Position numbers and translations under genes: made by a program | Part shown: in pieces, positions 63,864 through 64,000 of the stretch | How positions within the stretch are numbered: the first letter of the stretch is position 1 | Layout: the number at the start of each line of letters is the position of its first letter | Assembly: GCA_965235115.1 (NCBI GenBank) | Contig: OZ249447.1 | Location: 20,274,001-20,338,000, forward strand | Length of the DNA: 64,000 nt | Direction of reading: 5' to 3' | Source of the DNA: Laetmonice hystrix | Lineage: Eukaryota | Notes under the pieces: model-generated | Seen by the model: the letters and a program-made list of their open reading frames with translations, nothing else | The model's database searches: none | What the model was told of the DNA's origin: nothing

Positions 63864-64000
63864 CCTTCCTCTGAGATTCTGGGTAAATGTTGTGAAGAAT
63901 CCTGACTTTGTTTTCGATGTGTACAAGTCGAACATTGTCGATGCTTGTCTGTCAGTAACGGCTCAGACGTTCATGGACAGCTGCTCGATGAGCGAGCATC
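63864..64000 (+). CDS. PlexA: Plexin-A exon, GAP C2 ([23 protein letters not shown]...[13 protein letters not shown]), truncated by window end
   Basis: ctgttgcag|C CTT CCT CTG AGA TTC TGG; LPLRFW catalytic arginine motif. Confidence 0.96.

Larger units (their letters stand above)
23824..64000 (+). other. PlexA: Plexin-A gene (partial; 26 coding exons from PSI1 to the C-terminal GAP segment; Sema exons and last exons outside the window)
   Basis: Manual exon assembly gives one continuous frame with GT-AG boundaries. Class-A plexin motifs: [100 protein letters not shown]. Confidence 0.95.

Noticed and set aside
58385-64000. Assignment as Plexin-B
   Set aside because: Cytoplasmic motifs ([45 protein letters not shown]) match class A as I know it.

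Overview
Eukaryotic (invertebrate bilaterian, probably lophotrochozoan; taxon is inference) genomic DNA. It holds 26 plus-strand coding exons (23824 to the window end, about 3.9 kb / about 1300 aa) of a single Plexin-A gene: PSI1-PSI3, four IPT/TIG domains, the transmembrane helix, and the split GAP domain with its RBD insert. I assembled the exons by hand; all have GT-AG boundaries and consistent phases. The signal peptide, Sema exons and C-terminus are not in view. About 14 kb (about 22%) of the window is locus-specific minisatellites of more than 25 unrelated units, plus several small MITE-like elements. Most long ORFs in the supplied track are artefacts of these arrays. The main observation is that four of the gene's own exon/intron junctions have been tandemly amplified. 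An 82-bp acceptor+exon unit is present x18 (frameshifting), a 62-bp exon+donor unit x11, a 47-bp donor unit x2, and a 60/54-bp acceptor+exon unit x23. The last array is stop-free and in frame with Plexin-A, forming a ladder of 21 possible 3' splice sites that could add 0-430 aa to IPT1. No prokaryotic features, CRISPR arrays or rRNA/tRNA genes were recognised.
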